A stretch of DNA of 36,666 nt from Pseudomonadota bacterium (GCA_043798915.1 JAZDOG010000024.1:1-36666); one strand, 5' to 3'. Shown: positions 9,237 to 19,589, counted from the stretch's first letter. The notes: generated from the sequence alone by a model not told the origin. Numbers and translations are program-made.

Positions 9237-10022
9237 TCAGACCTTCGAATGCTTGATCCGTATTACCTCTATCCCGTCTTCCAGCAGCACATCCATATCA
9301 GCGAAGATGTTCGGGGCTTCCTCCTTCATCATCCGCGCCATCGCGATGGCCAGCTCCCTTATCTCCGCATCCGCATGTGAGGAACCGCGCATCTCGAAGA
9401 AGTGGCGAAGCGCCCGGGCGTTGACGGAGATGAACATCTTCGTCTCACATGCGTTTGGCAGGACTGAACGCGCGGATTGCCGCACAAGCTTTCGCCTGTC
9501 TGTCTGTTCAAGCTCTGGATGCAGCTCCGCGACATAAGGTTCGGTCGCCTCCACGAGCTCCGCATAGGCCTCGTGCGCCGCCTCGATCGCATCCAGCCAC
9601 TTTTTTGCAAGTTCAGGATGGTCGCGGTAGAGCGGGGGCAGGACATAGCGCGCGTCCGATTCGTCGATGTACCTCTGGCTTGCCTGGGAAAACCCAAAAC
9701 CAGCACGATGCCGGATCAATTCATGCGTCAGCGACCTGCTGATACCGGTGATCAGAAAGTTCCAGACGCAATGCTCGAGGACCGAGCCGTGATGCGACGA
9801 AATTATCCTCTCAAGATAATCGGCGTTCGTCTTTCTCCCCTTGCCGAAGGACATGTAGCAGGTCCTGCCGGCGGCTTCAGCAATCACCTCCGCGGGCACT
9901 TCGGTGTCCGTCTTGAAGATCAGGCCCTCGTCGTCCAGAAAGGCCTTGAGCATCCCCTCGTCGACCGACTGCCTGCCGATGAGATAGACCCGCGGCTCGG
10001 TTATGACCTGATTCTTTTTCAT
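9237..10022 (-). CDS. thyX: FAD-dependent thymidylate synthase
   Basis: AGRTCYMS, HGSVLEH, SRSLTHELIRHR..SQASQRY (RHRx7SxR), ARSVLPNA, HADAEIR. Confidence 0.95.
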   Translation of the reverse strand: MKKNQVITEPRVYLIGRQSVDEGMLKAFLDDEGLIFKTDTEVPAEVIAEAAGRTCYMSFGKGRKTNADYLERIISSHHGSVLEHCVWNFLITGISRSLTHELIRHRAGFGFSQASQRYIDESDARYVLPPLYRDHPELAKKWLDAIEAAHEAYAELVEATEPYVAELHPELEQTDRRKLVRQSARSVLPNACETKMFISVNARALRHFFEMRGSSHADAEIRELAIAMARMMKEEAPNIFADMDVLLEDGIEVIRIKHSKV

Positions 10023-10025
10023 ATT

Positions 10026-13000
10026 TTATGAACATCCCATCGAATTTCCACAATTCAAGCATTTATAGCAGGAACCGTTGCGCACCGTCATCGAGCCGCA
10101 CTGGTCGCAGAACGGAGCGTCGCCCATCAGCCCCGAGAGCTGTGCGTTGAGGCCGGTCGATCCGCGCTTGGTGACCGGGCTTTCAGCCGCCGGGATCAGC
10201 AGCTGGACCACCACGCCCGACGCAGCCGCTGTCTGCAGTCCGCCTCCCGAAGAGATTGCCTTTGCCACAGGCAGGGAGGCGTAGGCCTCCGGGATGGCCT
10301 CCGATGGAGGCATTGGCTTGGGCGCCACGGCCGCCGTCTCAGCGGCCTTCGGGGACTCCGCGGGCTTTGCCCTGTCCATCTCCATCTTCAGGTCTTCGTC
10401 CTTGGTGGGTTTCACCTGAACGAAATCGGTGCGCCCCATGTATTCCATCCCGAGGACCCGGAACACATAGTCGACGACGGAGGTCACCATCTTGATGTTG
10501 GGGTGATCGCAGACGCCCTGCGGCTCGAAGCGTGTGAAGGTGAAACAATCCACGTATTCCTCGAGAGGGACGCCGTACTGCAGGCCCAGGGAGATGGCGA
10601 TCGCGAAGCAGTTCATCATGCTCCTGAACGCCGCGCCCTCCTTGTGCATGTCGACGAAGAGTTCGCCGAGAGTGCCGTCCTCGTACTCCCCGGTGCGCAG
10701 ATAAACCTTATGCCCGCCCACCCGCGCCTCCTGCGTGAAGCCGAGGCGCTTCTTGGGCAACCTCCTTCGCTTAAGAACATGTTGTGGTTCCGTCGAAGTC
10801 GATTGGGCAGCGATCCCCTTTTGCGAAGGCATCGAATCCAGTTTTTTTTTGACATCCTCGGACGTGGAAGAGAGGGGCTGAGCCATCTTCGAACCGTCGC
10901 GATAGAGGGCAACGGCCTTGAGTCCCTGCCGCCACGACTCGACGAAGAGGCGCTCTATGTCCTCGACCGTCGCCTCGTTGGGCAGGTTGATCGTCTTGGA
11001 TATAGCGCCGGAGAGAAACTTCTGCGCTGCCGCCATCATCTTCACGTGCGCCATCGGCGCGATGAACCGCTTGCCGGTCTTTCCGCAACGGTTGGCGCAG
11101 TCGAAGATGGGGAGGTGTTCTGGGCTAAGATGCGGCGCCCCCTCGACCGTCATGCGGCCGCAGATGGCAAGGCCCGCCTCCTCTATCTGGGTGTCGGAAA
11201 AGCCGATCGCCTTGAGGAGATTGAACCCCGGCTGCGCGTACTGATTCTCAATGAGGCCGAAGCGCGCCATCGCCTCTTTTCCAAGCGTGTTCACATTGAA
11301 CGCAAACGAGAGTTCGAAGACCGAAGGCAGGGCCTTCGCGATGCGCGTCAGATCGTCGTCGTTGAACCCTTTGTCGCGCAGGCTCTTGTCGTTGATATGC
11401 GGCGTGCCGGCGAGCGTGTTCGTCCCGCTTATATAGGCGACGATGTCCGATACCTGAGCCTCGCTGTAGCCCAACTTTCTGAGCGCTGCCGGAACAGAGC
11501 CGTTGACGATCTTGAAATATCCGCCGCCGGCGAGCTTCTTGAATTTGACGAGGGCGAAATCCGGCTCGATGCCGGTGGTGTCGCAATCCATGAGCAGCCC
11601 GATCGTCCCGGTGGGGGCGAGCACGCTCACCTGCGCGTTCCTGAAACCGAAGCGCTCGCCCTCCGCCAGACAGCGGTCCCACGTCTCGCACGCAACCTGC
11701 ACGAGATCGGCTGTCGCGCGGCACTCGCTGATCTCGTAGGCCGCATCCCGGTGCATGCGGATGACCTCGAGCATCGACTCGCGGTTTTTGGCGTATTCCT
11801 CGAAGGCGCCTGCGGCGGAGGCTATCTCGGCGGAGGCGCGGCATGCGGCGCCGTGCATGATCGCGGTGATGGTGGAGGCGAGAGCCCTGGCTTCGTCCGA
11901 GTCGTAGGGAAGGCCTTTCACCATGAGGAGCGTGCCCAGATTCGCGTAGCCCAGCCCCAGCGGCCGGAAGAGGTGGCTCGTCCTGGCGATCGCCTCCGTC
12001 GGGTAGGAGGAGGAATCAACCAATATCTCCTGCGCGAGGACGAAAACACGGCACGCGTGCGCAAAGGCCTCCGCATCGAATATGCCGGTAGCCTCGTCAT
12101 GGAATTTCATGAGATTGAGCGACGCGAGATTGCAGGCGCTGTCGTCGAGAAACATATATTCTGCGCATGGATTAGATGCGTTTATCCTTCCGCTCGCCTT
12201 GCATGTGTTCCACCTGTTGATCGTCGTGTCGAACTGAAGGCCCGGGTCGGCGCACGCCCATGTCGCCTCTGATATCTTCCGCATGAACTCGCGCGCCGGC
12301 ATCGTATGCAGCGTCTCGCCGGTGGTGCGGAGCTTCGTGCTCCACTTTTCGTCGTTCAAACACGCGTACATGAACTCGTCCGGGACCCTCACCGAGTTGT
12401 TGGAGTTCTGGCCCGAGACCGTCTTGTATGCCTCGCCGTTGAAGTCGGATGAAAAGCCGGCCCCGACCATGGCCTGGACCTTCTTTTCCTCGTTGACCTT
12501 CCAGCTGATGAAGTCGGTGATTTCGGGATGGTCGATGTCCAGGCAGACCATCTTCGCCGCGCGGCGCGTCGTGCCGCCGGATTTGGTGGCGCCAGCTCCC
12601 CTGTCCAGAACCTCGAGAAAACTCATGAGCCCGGAACTCGTGCCGCCGCCGGAGAGCTTCTCGTACCTGGAGCGGAGCTTTGAAAAATTGGTTCCGGTTC
12701 CGGAGCCATACTTGAAGAGTCGCGCCTCGTTCTTGGCCAGCTCGAATATCGACATCAGGTCGTCCGAGATGGACTGGATGAAGCACGCGGAGCACTGAGG
12801 GTACTCATATGAATTCGCCGTCTGCTTGGGCCTCTTCTCCTTCGCATCCCAGAACCAGTTGCCGCCGCTCCCCTCGATGCCGTAGGCCTGATAGAGGCCG
12901 CAGTTGAACCAGACCGGCGAATTGAACGCGCCGATCTGATGCACGAGCATATGGGCGAGTTCCGCCTCGAACGTGTCGGCGTCCGCCTTCGTCGCGAAAT

Positions 13001-13361
13001 AGACGCCCGCCTCCTCGCCGCGCATGCGGATCGCGTGCGCGATGCGGCTCACCACCTGCCTTGCCGATTGCTCGTGCCCCGCGCCCGGGACGCCGCGCTT
13101 GCGAAAATATTTTGACACCAGGATGTCGGTGGCCAACTGCGACCATCCCTCCGGCACCTCCGCTCCTTCCATGCGGAACACGACGGAGCCGTCGGGGTTT
13201 GCGATTATGCTCGAGCGCTTCGCATAGAGGACTTCGTCCAGGGGATTTCGACCGGGCCTCGTGAAGCGGCGCTCGATCGCGAGCCCTTGCTTCGCGGCCT
13301 TGAGCCCGTGCACCTGTTTTTCACTTCCCTTGGACGCGCGACTCGCTGCCTTGACTGTCAT
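10026..13361 (-). CDS. nrdJ: Class II adenosylcobalamin-dependent ribonucleotide reductase
   Basis: FNSPVWFN, PQCSACFI, GSGTG, TTRRAAKM, ASNPCAEY..SACNLAS, APTGTI, GAISKTIN, C-terminal TSCPD-like region and CxxC..CYKCLNCG. Confidence 0.95.
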   Translation of the reverse strand: MTVKAASRASKGSEKQVHGLKAAKQGLAIERRFTRPGRNPLDEVLYAKRSSIIANPDGSVVFRMEGAEVPEGWSQLATDILVSKYFRKRGVPGAGHEQSARQVVSRIAHAIRMRGEEAGVYFATKADADTFEAELAHMLVHQIGAFNSPVWFNCGLYQAYGIEGSGGNWFWDAKEKRPKQTANSYEYPQCSACFIQSISDDLMSIFELAKNEARLFKYGSGTGTNFSKLRSRYEKLSGGGTSSGLMSFLEVLDRGAGATKSGGTTRRAAKMVCLDIDHPEITDFISWKVNEEKKVQAMVGAGFSSDFNGEAYKTVSGQNSNNSVRVPDEFMYACLNDEKWSTKLRTTGETLHTMPAREFMRKISEATWACADPGLQFDTTINRWNTCKASGRINASNPCAEYMFLDDSACNLASLNLMKFHDEATGIFDAEAFAHACRVFVLAQEILVDSSSYPTEAIARTSHLFRPLGLGYANLGTLLMVKGLPYDSDEARALASTITAIMHGAACRASAEIASAAGAFEEYAKNRESMLEVIRMHRDAAYEISECRATADLVQVACETWDRCLAEGERFGFRNAQVSVLAPTGTIGLLMDCDTTGIEPDFALVKFKKLAGGGYFKIVNGSVPAALRKLGYSEAQVSDIVAYISGTNTLAGTPHINDKSLRDKGFNDDDLTRIAKALPSVFELSFAFNVNTLGKEAMARFGLIENQYAQPGFNLLKAIGFSDTQIEEAGLAICGRMTVEGAPHLSPEHLPIFDCANRCGKTGKRFIAPMAHVKMMAAAQKFLSGAISKTINLPNEATVEDIERLFVESWRQGLKAVALYRDGSKMAQPLSSTSEDVKKKLDSMPSQKGIAAQSTSTEPQHVLKRRRLPKKRLGFTQEARVGGHKVYLRTGEYEDGTLGELFVDMHKEGAAFRSMMNCFAIAISLGLQYGVPLEEYVDCFTFTRFEPQGVCDHPNIKMVTSVVDYVFRVLGMEYMGRTDFVQVKPTKDEDLKMEMDRAKPAESPKAAETAAVAPKPMPPSEAIPEAYASLPVAKAISSGGGLQTAAASGVVVQLLIPAAESPVTKRGSTGLNAQLSGLMGDAPFCDQCGSMTVRNGSCYKCLNCGNSMGCS

Positions 13362-13484
13362 TGCCTCCCCCTCTCACGTTGTTCGATGATTTAAACCAGA
13401 ATGCATATCACCATTACAAGGAACATGTCGCATAATACATTGAAAATTATACCACCCTTCCCTTTACAGGGATCCCTCAATGCC

Positions 13485-13493
13485 TGTGGATAA
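13485..13493 (-). promoter_or_regulatory. DnaA box (perfect)
   Basis: TTATCCACA on the minus strand in the nrdJ upstream region. A 1-mismatch box TTATCCCCA lies at 13561-13569 (+). Confidence 0.55.
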
Positions 13494-13564
13494 ATGGAAA
13501 AGCTATTTATTGCAGTAATATCAACAAACTAGCCTCAAATTCGACATTTTGTACAACATGTTAT

Positions 13565-13613
13565 CCCCAATATATTGTATGTATAAGATATGATTAGCCA
13601 CTACATATTGTGG
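13565..13613. promoter_or_regulatory. Tandem NrdR boxes upstream of nrdJ-thyX
   Basis: CCCCAATATATTGTAT (13565-13580) and CCACTACATATTGTGG (13598-13613) match the NrdR consensus acaCwAtATaTwGtgt. Their starts are 33 bp apart. The second box abuts a TTGACT -35-like hexamer on the minus strand. Confidence 0.85.
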
Positions 13614-13863
13614 AGTCAAACGAAAAGAAATAGGGGCATCTCTTTTATCTTGCCTCCCATCATAAATTGCCGATATAGGCTCCTTTGACAAACTGGCGGG
13701 GATGGGACTCATTTCGTTCCGAAACAACGGAAAACCAGCCAAGCCTTTTAACAACAGCATTGCAGGGCATCGACGGCCGGTCAAGCAGGAGAGAAGCGCA
13801 TCGTATGTTTTGTCGGTTGGCAAAAGCTTGAAAGGCCGACGGGCCGAGCGGATTGAGGAGAAA

Positions 13864-14682
13864 ATGAATCATCTGAAGGAATATCAGAGCGACAAGACGA
13901 CGGCGGACGGCCGCGCACTGGGCGATGAATGGGCCGATTGGAACGGCAAGGATGGCGGGACGATCGATGAGGGAAAGGGCCTGTTTCTTTCAGCCGCCGC
14001 CGCGGTGCTCGTCTCCATGGGGCTCGCTGCCTGCATCTTTGTCTATCTCATCACGCCGCGCCTGGCCGGCTGGTGGCACGGGCTGCCCCTTCTCACCTGG
14101 CTCTTTGCGATCTGCTCGATTGTCGGGGTGACATCCATCTTCATTCTCCTGGCGCTCACCACCACCCGCGGCAGAAATTTCTTCCCGCTGCGCCTCTTGC
14201 CGCGCCATTTTCTCAATCTCGTCTTCTTGCGGGCATTCCGTCTGGCCGGCCTCTTCGGCGTCTCGCGCGACAGGATGGGCCATTCATTCGTCCGCGTCTC
14301 CAACGACCTCTCGCGCGCAATGAAGGAAACTGCCCGTCAGGAAAAACTCCTGATACTCCTCCCCCGCTGCCTTTCAAAGGAGGACATGAAGGGCGTGGAT
14401 GAAATAAAGGCAAGATACCCGGTCGAGGTCCACGTCGTCTCCGGCGGCGAACTGGCGCGCAAGAAGGTCCGCGAGACAAAACCCACCGCGGTCATCGGCG
14501 TCGCCTGTGAGCGCGATCTCGTGAGCGGAATCCGCGACGTCGGGCAGAAGATGTCGGTCATAGGGATACCCAACCGGCGTCCTGAGGGCCCCTGCAAGAA
14601 CACGCGCATCGATATGCCGGAACTCGTCCGCGCGGTGGAGTTCTACGTCGGTCCGCCAAAAATACAGAATAAATTTACCTAG
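13864..14682 (+). CDS. DUF116 domain membrane protein
   Basis: Two N-terminal TM helices; LLILLPRCL, GGELARK, GVACERDL..G, NRRPEGPCKNT. GAGGAG SD before ATG 13864. Confidence 0.8.
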   Translation: MNHLKEYQSDKTTADGRALGDEWADWNGKDGGTIDEGKGLFLSAAAAVLVSMGLAACIFVYLITPRLAGWWHGLPLLTWLFAICSIVGVTSIFILLALTTTRGRNFFPLRLLPRHFLNLVFLRAFRLAGLFGVSRDRMGHSFVRVSNDLSRAMKETARQEKLLILLPRCLSKEDMKGVDEIKARYPVEVHVVSGGELARKKVRETKPTAVIGVACERDLVSGIRDVGQKMSVIGIPNRRPEGPCKNTRIDMPELVRAVEFYVGPPKIQNKFT

Positions 14683-15731
14683 GCAGTCAACGCGAATTCC
14701 CTGCGATATATCCTGAGAGCAGCCAGGAAGATGGAGAGGAGCACCGGGCCCACGATGAGGCCGACCGGCCCTAGGAGCTTGACCGCTCCGATGAGCGTCA
14801 CGAATAGGAGCAGCGGGTGCATGTTGAGAGAGCCGCGGAAGACGATTGGCCGGATGAAGTTGTCGATCGTCGAGATGATGCCGACCCCGAAGATGAAGAA
14901 CAGTATCGCCCCCTTGATGTTCCCCGCCGTGAAAAGAACCACGGTAGCCGTGATGTAGCACGACGCCGCGCCTATCACCGGTATCACCGAGAGGACGATG
15001 GCGATGAGCCCCCAGCTATAAGGCTGGCCGAAACCGGCAAGCCAAAAACCGAGCCCCAAAAGCGCGCCCTGTATGACCGCTGTGACGAGCGCCGCAACGA
15101 TCGACGAAGTTATCGCCACCCGGACATCGCGCGCCAGTTCGCGCCTGTGCTCAGCCGACAGAGGCGTCGTCTCCATGACCCAATCGTAGAGATTGCTCCC
15201 CTCGGCCAGAAAGACCACAAGGAAGATGAGCGTGAGCAGGAAATTGGCCGTAACCGAGACCGTGGTCGTGATGACCCTCGGCGAAAATTCATAGAATTTC
15301 TTTGCGGCCTCCGTCACGCCGGAGAGGAGCGTCGTCTGAAGGTCCTCTATCGAAGGGGCCGAACCGGCCACGCGTTCGATCCAAGCCTGAACCGCGGCCA
15401 GGACGGGTTCTATCGAATCGGCGAACGAACCGTGGCCGGCCTGCGTGGCAAGCTCCTGGAGGAAGTGGCTCATCTGGCTCACGGCCACGCTGACCAACAC
15501 GGCGAGAGGAATGAGGACACAGACGGCGACAACGACGGTTGTGGCCACAGCCGCCAGATAGCGCGGCAGCCGGCACTTCTCCAGCATCAGCTTCTGCAGG
15601 GGAAAGAACATGACCGCGAGCGTGAAGGCCAGGAACGCGGCCGTGGCGAACGGCCATGTGATCCTCACAAAGAGGATCGTGAGGACAGCGAAGAGGACCA
15701 GGAACGCGATTCGCATCGATGAGGGCTTCAT
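14679..15731 (-). CDS. AI-2E family transporter
   Basis: Polytopic membrane protein with LSVIPVIGA, IDNFIRP, MHPLLLFVTLIG, GLIVGPV. Start approximate. Confidence 0.85.
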   Translation of the reverse strand: MKPSSMRIAFLVLFAVLTILFVRITWPFATAAFLAFTLAVMFFPLQKLMLEKCRLPRYLAAVATTVVVAVCVLIPLAVLVSVAVSQMSHFLQELATQAGHGSFADSIEPVLAAVQAWIERVAGSAPSIEDLQTTLLSGVTEAAKKFYEFSPRVITTTVSVTANFLLTLIFLVVFLAEGSNLYDWVMETTPLSAEHRRELARDVRVAITSSIVAALVTAVIQGALLGLGFWLAGFGQPYSWGLIAIVLSVIPVIGAASCYITATVVLFTAGNIKGAILFFIFGVGIISTIDNFIRPIVFRGSLNMHPLLLFVTLIGAVKLLGPVGLIVGPVLLSIFLAALRIYRREFALTA

Positions 15732-15862
15732 GCCGTAGATAATTATACGATTATCCGCCCAGACGCAACAGTTTACAAAACGACCTCTGCCAACGCGTTG
15801 CGTCATAACAATGTGATCTATCTGTTGATTTACGTTTTATGAGTTGTTAACAATTCTCCCCC

Positions 15863-16765
15863 ATGAAGAAAATATCGATCAGCCTTTTCCTCCTGCTTCT
15901 TTTCCTCGCTCCCGCCTGCGGGATGAAGAAGATGGCGACGAAGGTCGTGGGCCGCGTCGCCACCGACGGCATGGTCGCCGTCGAGGGTGAGGAGGACGTG
16001 GACTTCGCGCGCGAATCCGCGCCTGCCCTCATCAAGACGATCGAAGTCCTCCGGCACGGCGACACCCATGACAGAAACTCGCTCGTCCTCCTCTCCCAGT
16101 CCTACGGGCAGTACGCCTTCGGCTTCCTCGAGGAGGACATGCTGAGGTTCCGGGGCGACGCGGCAAAATACGACGCGGCGAGAAACCGCGCCGATCTCTT
16201 CTACCGGCGCGGCACGGAATACGGGATAGCCGCCCTCACTTCGTGCGGCGGGATGCGCGAGGCCTTCAAGTCGCCGTTCCCGGAATTCAAGAGCGCCCTC
16301 TCGAAGCTGGGAAAGGGATGCGCGCCCGCCCTCTTCTGGACGGCATTCAACTGGGCCTCGTCGCTCAATCTCCACCTGGACGACCCTTCGGCTATCGTCG
16401 ACCTCCCGCGCATACAGGCTATCGTGGATCGGCTGATCGAGCTCAAGCCGGAATTCTACTTCGGCTCCGGGCACGCGCTGAAGGGCGTGATCTCGGCGAT
16501 GCGCCCCAAGATGCTCGGCGGCGACCCCGCACTTGCTGATCGCGAATTCAAGGAGGCGATGCGCATCGCGCCAGCCTATCTCATGACCCAAGTCCTCTAC
16601 GCTCAATATTACACGAGGCAGGCGCAGGACGTGGCGCTCTTCAGGGAGACGCTCAAGGGAGTCTCAGAATCCGACGCCTCGGCTCTCCCCGCTGGCAGGC
16701 TTGCAAACGAGCTCGCCAAGCGCAGGGCGAAGCTCCTGCTGGCCGCAGAAAAAAATCTGTTCTGA
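15863..16765 (+). CDS. TRAP transporter TatT (T-component) lipoprotein
   Basis: Lipobox-like LAPAC, helical protein with GQYAFGFLEE, RPKMLGGD, YAQYY, ANELAKRRA. Lies directly before dctPQM. Confidence 0.8.
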   Translation: MKKISISLFLLLLFLAPACGMKKMATKVVGRVATDGMVAVEGEEDVDFARESAPALIKTIEVLRHGDTHDRNSLVLLSQSYGQYAFGFLEEDMLRFRGDAAKYDAARNRADLFYRRGTEYGIAALTSCGGMREAFKSPFPEFKSALSKLGKGCAPALFWTAFNWASSLNLHLDDPSAIVDLPRIQAIVDRLIELKPEFYFGSGHALKGVISAMRPKMLGGDPALADREFKEAMRIAPAYLMTQVLYAQYYTRQAQDVALFRETLKGVSESDASALPAGRLANELAKRRAKLLLAAEKNLF

Positions 16766-16790
16766 TCAAATTAAAAAAGGAGATATCGAC

Positions 16791-17774
16791 ATGAAGCGCA
16801 TCATCTTTTCCATGGCACTGGCGGCATTGATGGCGGTCGGGGCTGCAGCTCATGCAGCGACGGAGATAAAGCTCGCTATCCTGGCGCCGGAGGGATCGAC
16901 CTGGCACAAGGTGATGTCTGCCTGGGACAAGGAGCTGCAGGAGAAGACCGCCGGCCGCGTGAAGCTAAAGATCTACGCGGGCGGCGTGCTCGGCGACGAG
17001 CAGGACGTGATAAGGAAGATGCGCATCAGCCAGGTGCACGCCGCTGGTTTCACCGGGCTGGGGCTCGGCATAGTGAATCCGGCCGTCAGGGTGCTCGAAC
17101 TCCCGATGCTCGTCTCGAACTACGCCGAGGCCGACGCGCTGACTAAAAAAATTCAGCCGAAGCTGGAGAAGGGCTTTGAGGACAAAGGGTTCGTCCTGCT
17201 CGGCTGGGCCGAGACCGGCTTCGTGAATCTCTTTTCAAACAAGCCGATCGCATCGCTCAAGGACATGAACGGGATGAAGATGTGGGCGTGGGAGGGCGAT
17301 CCGCTGGTCGCGGCCATGTACAAGGCCTTCAAAATAGTCCCGATACCGCTGCCGATCACCGACGTCCTGACGTCGCTGCAGACGAAGATGATAGACGCCG
17401 TCTATGCGCCGCCGCTCGGGGCGATCGCGCTGCAATGGTTCACGAACACAAAATACATGAGCGATTTGAAGCTCGCCGACTCGACCGGCGGGATACTCAT
17501 CACGAAGACAGCGCTCTCCGGTCTTTCGCCTGCCGACCAGCAGGCGCTCAAAGAGACCGGGCGCAAATACGCCGCGGAACTCGTGAAGCAGACGCGCGCG
17601 GAGAACGAGAAGTCGTACGCGACGCTGGCAAAGGCTGGCGTGAAGACGATCGCCATTTCGCCAGAAGAGGCGGCCCATATCCGGACGACCTCCAGGGAGG
17701 TGTGGACCGGCCTCGTGGGCAAGCTCTATTCCAAGGAACTCCTGGACGAAGCGATCGCCGCAGCTGGGAAATAG
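16791..17774 (+). CDS. dctP: TRAP substrate-binding protein
   Basis: Signal peptide; IKLAILAPEGSTW, GGVLGDE, LLGWAETGF, KMWAWEGDP, DVLTSLQT. AAGGAG SD. Confidence 0.9.
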   Translation: MKRIIFSMALAALMAVGAAAHAATEIKLAILAPEGSTWHKVMSAWDKELQEKTAGRVKLKIYAGGVLGDEQDVIRKMRISQVHAAGFTGLGLGIVNPAVRVLELPMLVSNYAEADALTKKIQPKLEKGFEDKGFVLLGWAETGFVNLFSNKPIASLKDMNGMKMWAWEGDPLVAAMYKAFKIVPIPLPITDVLTSLQTKMIDAVYAPPLGAIALQWFTNTKYMSDLKLADSTGGILITKTALSGLSPADQQALKETGRKYAAELVKQTRAENEKSYATLAKAGVKTIAISPEEAAHIRTTSREVWTGLVGKLYSKELLDEAIAAAGK

Positions 17775-17784
17775 AAGGGGGAAC

Positions 17785-18315
17785 TTGAAGCGTCTCATCA
17801 ACTTCTTCGTCTTCGTCGATCGGGCGTTTGCCGCGACGGTCGATTTCATGCTCATCGTCATGCTCCTGTCGATGGTGGGGCTCATCGCATCGCAGGTCCT
17901 CCTGCGGAATTTATTCGGCGGCGGCATCCAGTGGGCCGACGTCGCGGCGAGGCACATGGTGCTCTGGGTGGCGCTCCTGGGCGCGATGCTCGCTACGCGC
18001 AGCCGCCAGCATGTGGCCATCGACGTCCTCACCCGTTTCATCCCCCGCACGCCGCGAAACGTCATCAGGATAGTCATCGACGCGTTCGCTTCCGTCGTGG
18101 CGTTTCTGCTCGCGCGCACGGCGCTCTACTTCGTGCTCGGCGAGAGGGCCATGGGCGGCACCCTGTTCGCCAATGTCCCCGCCTGGGCAGTCGAGACGAT
18201 CATCCCGTTCGGATTCGCGATGATCTCGCTTGAATACGCCATCGGCATCGGCTTGGACATCTGGCGAATCGCGCAGGGTGATGCCGGGCACGTGGCCGGA
18301 AGGGGGCGAGCGTGA
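17785..18315 (+). CDS. dctQ: TRAP small permease
   Basis: Four TM helices; QVLLRN..WADVAARHMVLW..GA..HVAIDVL. TTG start. Confidence 0.88.
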   Translation: MKRLINFFVFVDRAFAATVDFMLIVMLLSMVGLIASQVLLRNLFGGGIQWADVAARHMVLWVALLGAMLATRSRQHVAIDVLTRFIPRTPRNVIRIVIDAFASVVAFLLARTALYFVLGERAMGGTLFANVPAWAVETIIPFGFAMISLEYAIGIGLDIWRIAQGDAGHVAGRGRA

Positions 18316-19589
18316 CCCCGGTCTATCTGGCAGCCATCGGCGCCTGCGCCGCCTGCGGCGCGCCCCTCTTCGTCGTCTTCGGCGCGCTCGCGATGCTCCT
18401 CTTCAGCACGAACGGCATCGACACGCAGGCGGTCATCATCGAGATGTTCCGCATGGCCTCGGCGCCGACGCTCGTGGCGATCCCGCTCTTCACCTTCGCC
18501 GGATTTCTGCTGGCCGAGTCAAAATCTCCCCAGCGAATGGTCAATCTCTATCGCTCGCTCTTCGGATGGATGCCTGGCGGGCTCGCCATCGGCGCCTTCG
18601 TCGTCTGCGCCTTCTTCACGTCGTTCAACGGCGCATCCGGAGTAACGATCATCGCGCTGGGCGGCCTGCTCTATCCGCTGCTCCTGCACGAGGGATATTC
18701 GGACCGCTTCTCGCTGGGGCTCCTTACCACGGGCGGAAGCCTGGGGCTCCTCTTTCCGCCGAGCCTGCCTCTCATCCTCTATGCGCTCGTCGCGCAGGTG
18801 AACGTCGACGCCCTCTTTCTCGCCGGCATCGTGCCCGGCACCTTCCTGATCGTCCTGCTCTCGCTCTTCAGCATCCGGGCGGGAAAGCGCTTCAAGGTGA
18901 AGAGGCAGAAGTTCGATGTGGGGCAGGTGTGGCCCGCGCTTCGCGACGCGGGATGGATCCTGCCGCTGCCTGTCCTCATCCTCGTCGGCATCTACGGCGG
19001 TTTCTTCGCCGCATCGGAGGCGGCGGCGGTGACGGTCGTGTATGTCCTCTTCGTCGAGCTCTTCATCTACCGCGACCTGCATTGGAGGAAGGACATCCCG
19101 CGCATCGCGGCGGAGTCGATGATACTCGTCGGCGGGGTCTTGATAATCCTGGGCTGCGCGCTCGGTTTTACGAACTACCTCGTGGACGAACAAGTGCCGA
19201 TGAAGATCCTGGAGTTCATGCGCCACTTCATCACGAGCAAGTTCATGTTCCTTATCGCGCTCAACGTCTTCCTGCTGGCCGTCGGCTGCCTCATGGACAT
19301 CTTCTCGGCTACCATCATCGTCGTCCCTCTCATCGTGCCTATCGCCAAGGAGTTCGGCGTCAACCCGATCCACCTCGGCATCATATTCCTCACGAACCTC
19401 GAGATCGGCTACATCCATCCGCCGCTCGGCATGAACCTTTTCCTCTCGAGCCTGAGGTTCAAAAAATCCATCATCGAGCTCAGCATATCGGTCCTGCCTT
19501 TCATCGCAGTGCTGCTCTTCGCGCTCGCCGTCATCACCTACGTCCCCGAGCTGTCCCTGTGGCTCGTAAATGTCTTTGGAAGGAATTGA
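18312..19589 (+). CDS. dctM: TRAP large permease
   Basis: LVAIPLFTFAG, GSLGLLFPPS, ASEAAAV, NPIHLGII..NLEIG..PPLGMNLF. Confidence 0.92.
   Translation: MTPVYLAAIGACAACGAPLFVVFGALAMLLFSTNGIDTQAVIIEMFRMASAPTLVAIPLFTFAGFLLAESKSPQRMVNLYRSLFGWMPGGLAIGAFVVCAFFTSFNGASGVTIIALGGLLYPLLLHEGYSDRFSLGLLTTGGSLGLLFPPSLPLILYALVAQVNVDALFLAGIVPGTFLIVLLSLFSIRAGKRFKVKRQKFDVGQVWPALRDAGWILPLPVLILVGIYGGFFAASEAAAVTVVYVLFVELFIYRDLHWRKDIPRIAAESMILVGGVLIILGCALGFTNYLVDEQVPMKILEFMRHFITSKFMFLIALNVFLLAVGCLMDIFSATIIVVPLIVPIAKEFGVNPIHLGIIFLTNLEIGYIHPPLGMNLFLSSLRFKKSIIELSISVLPFIAVLLFALAVITYVPELSLWLVNVFGRN

Noticed and set aside
10026..13361. Intein or intron in nrdJ
   Set aside because: Catalytic motifs are contiguous, with no intein splice-junction or LAGLIDADG motifs. 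The extra length is explained by a known-type insertion and a low-complexity linker.
13362..13560. Cobalamin riboswitch upstream of nrdJ (CCCTGTAAAGGGAAGG fragment on the minus strand)
   Set aside because: The other conserved B12-element blocks and stems could not be found, and NrdR boxes already explain regulation. An Rfam scan would settle it.
13485..13569. DnaA boxes as a replication origin
   Set aside because: Only two boxes, no evident unwinding-element repeats, and no dnaA/dnaN/gidA context.
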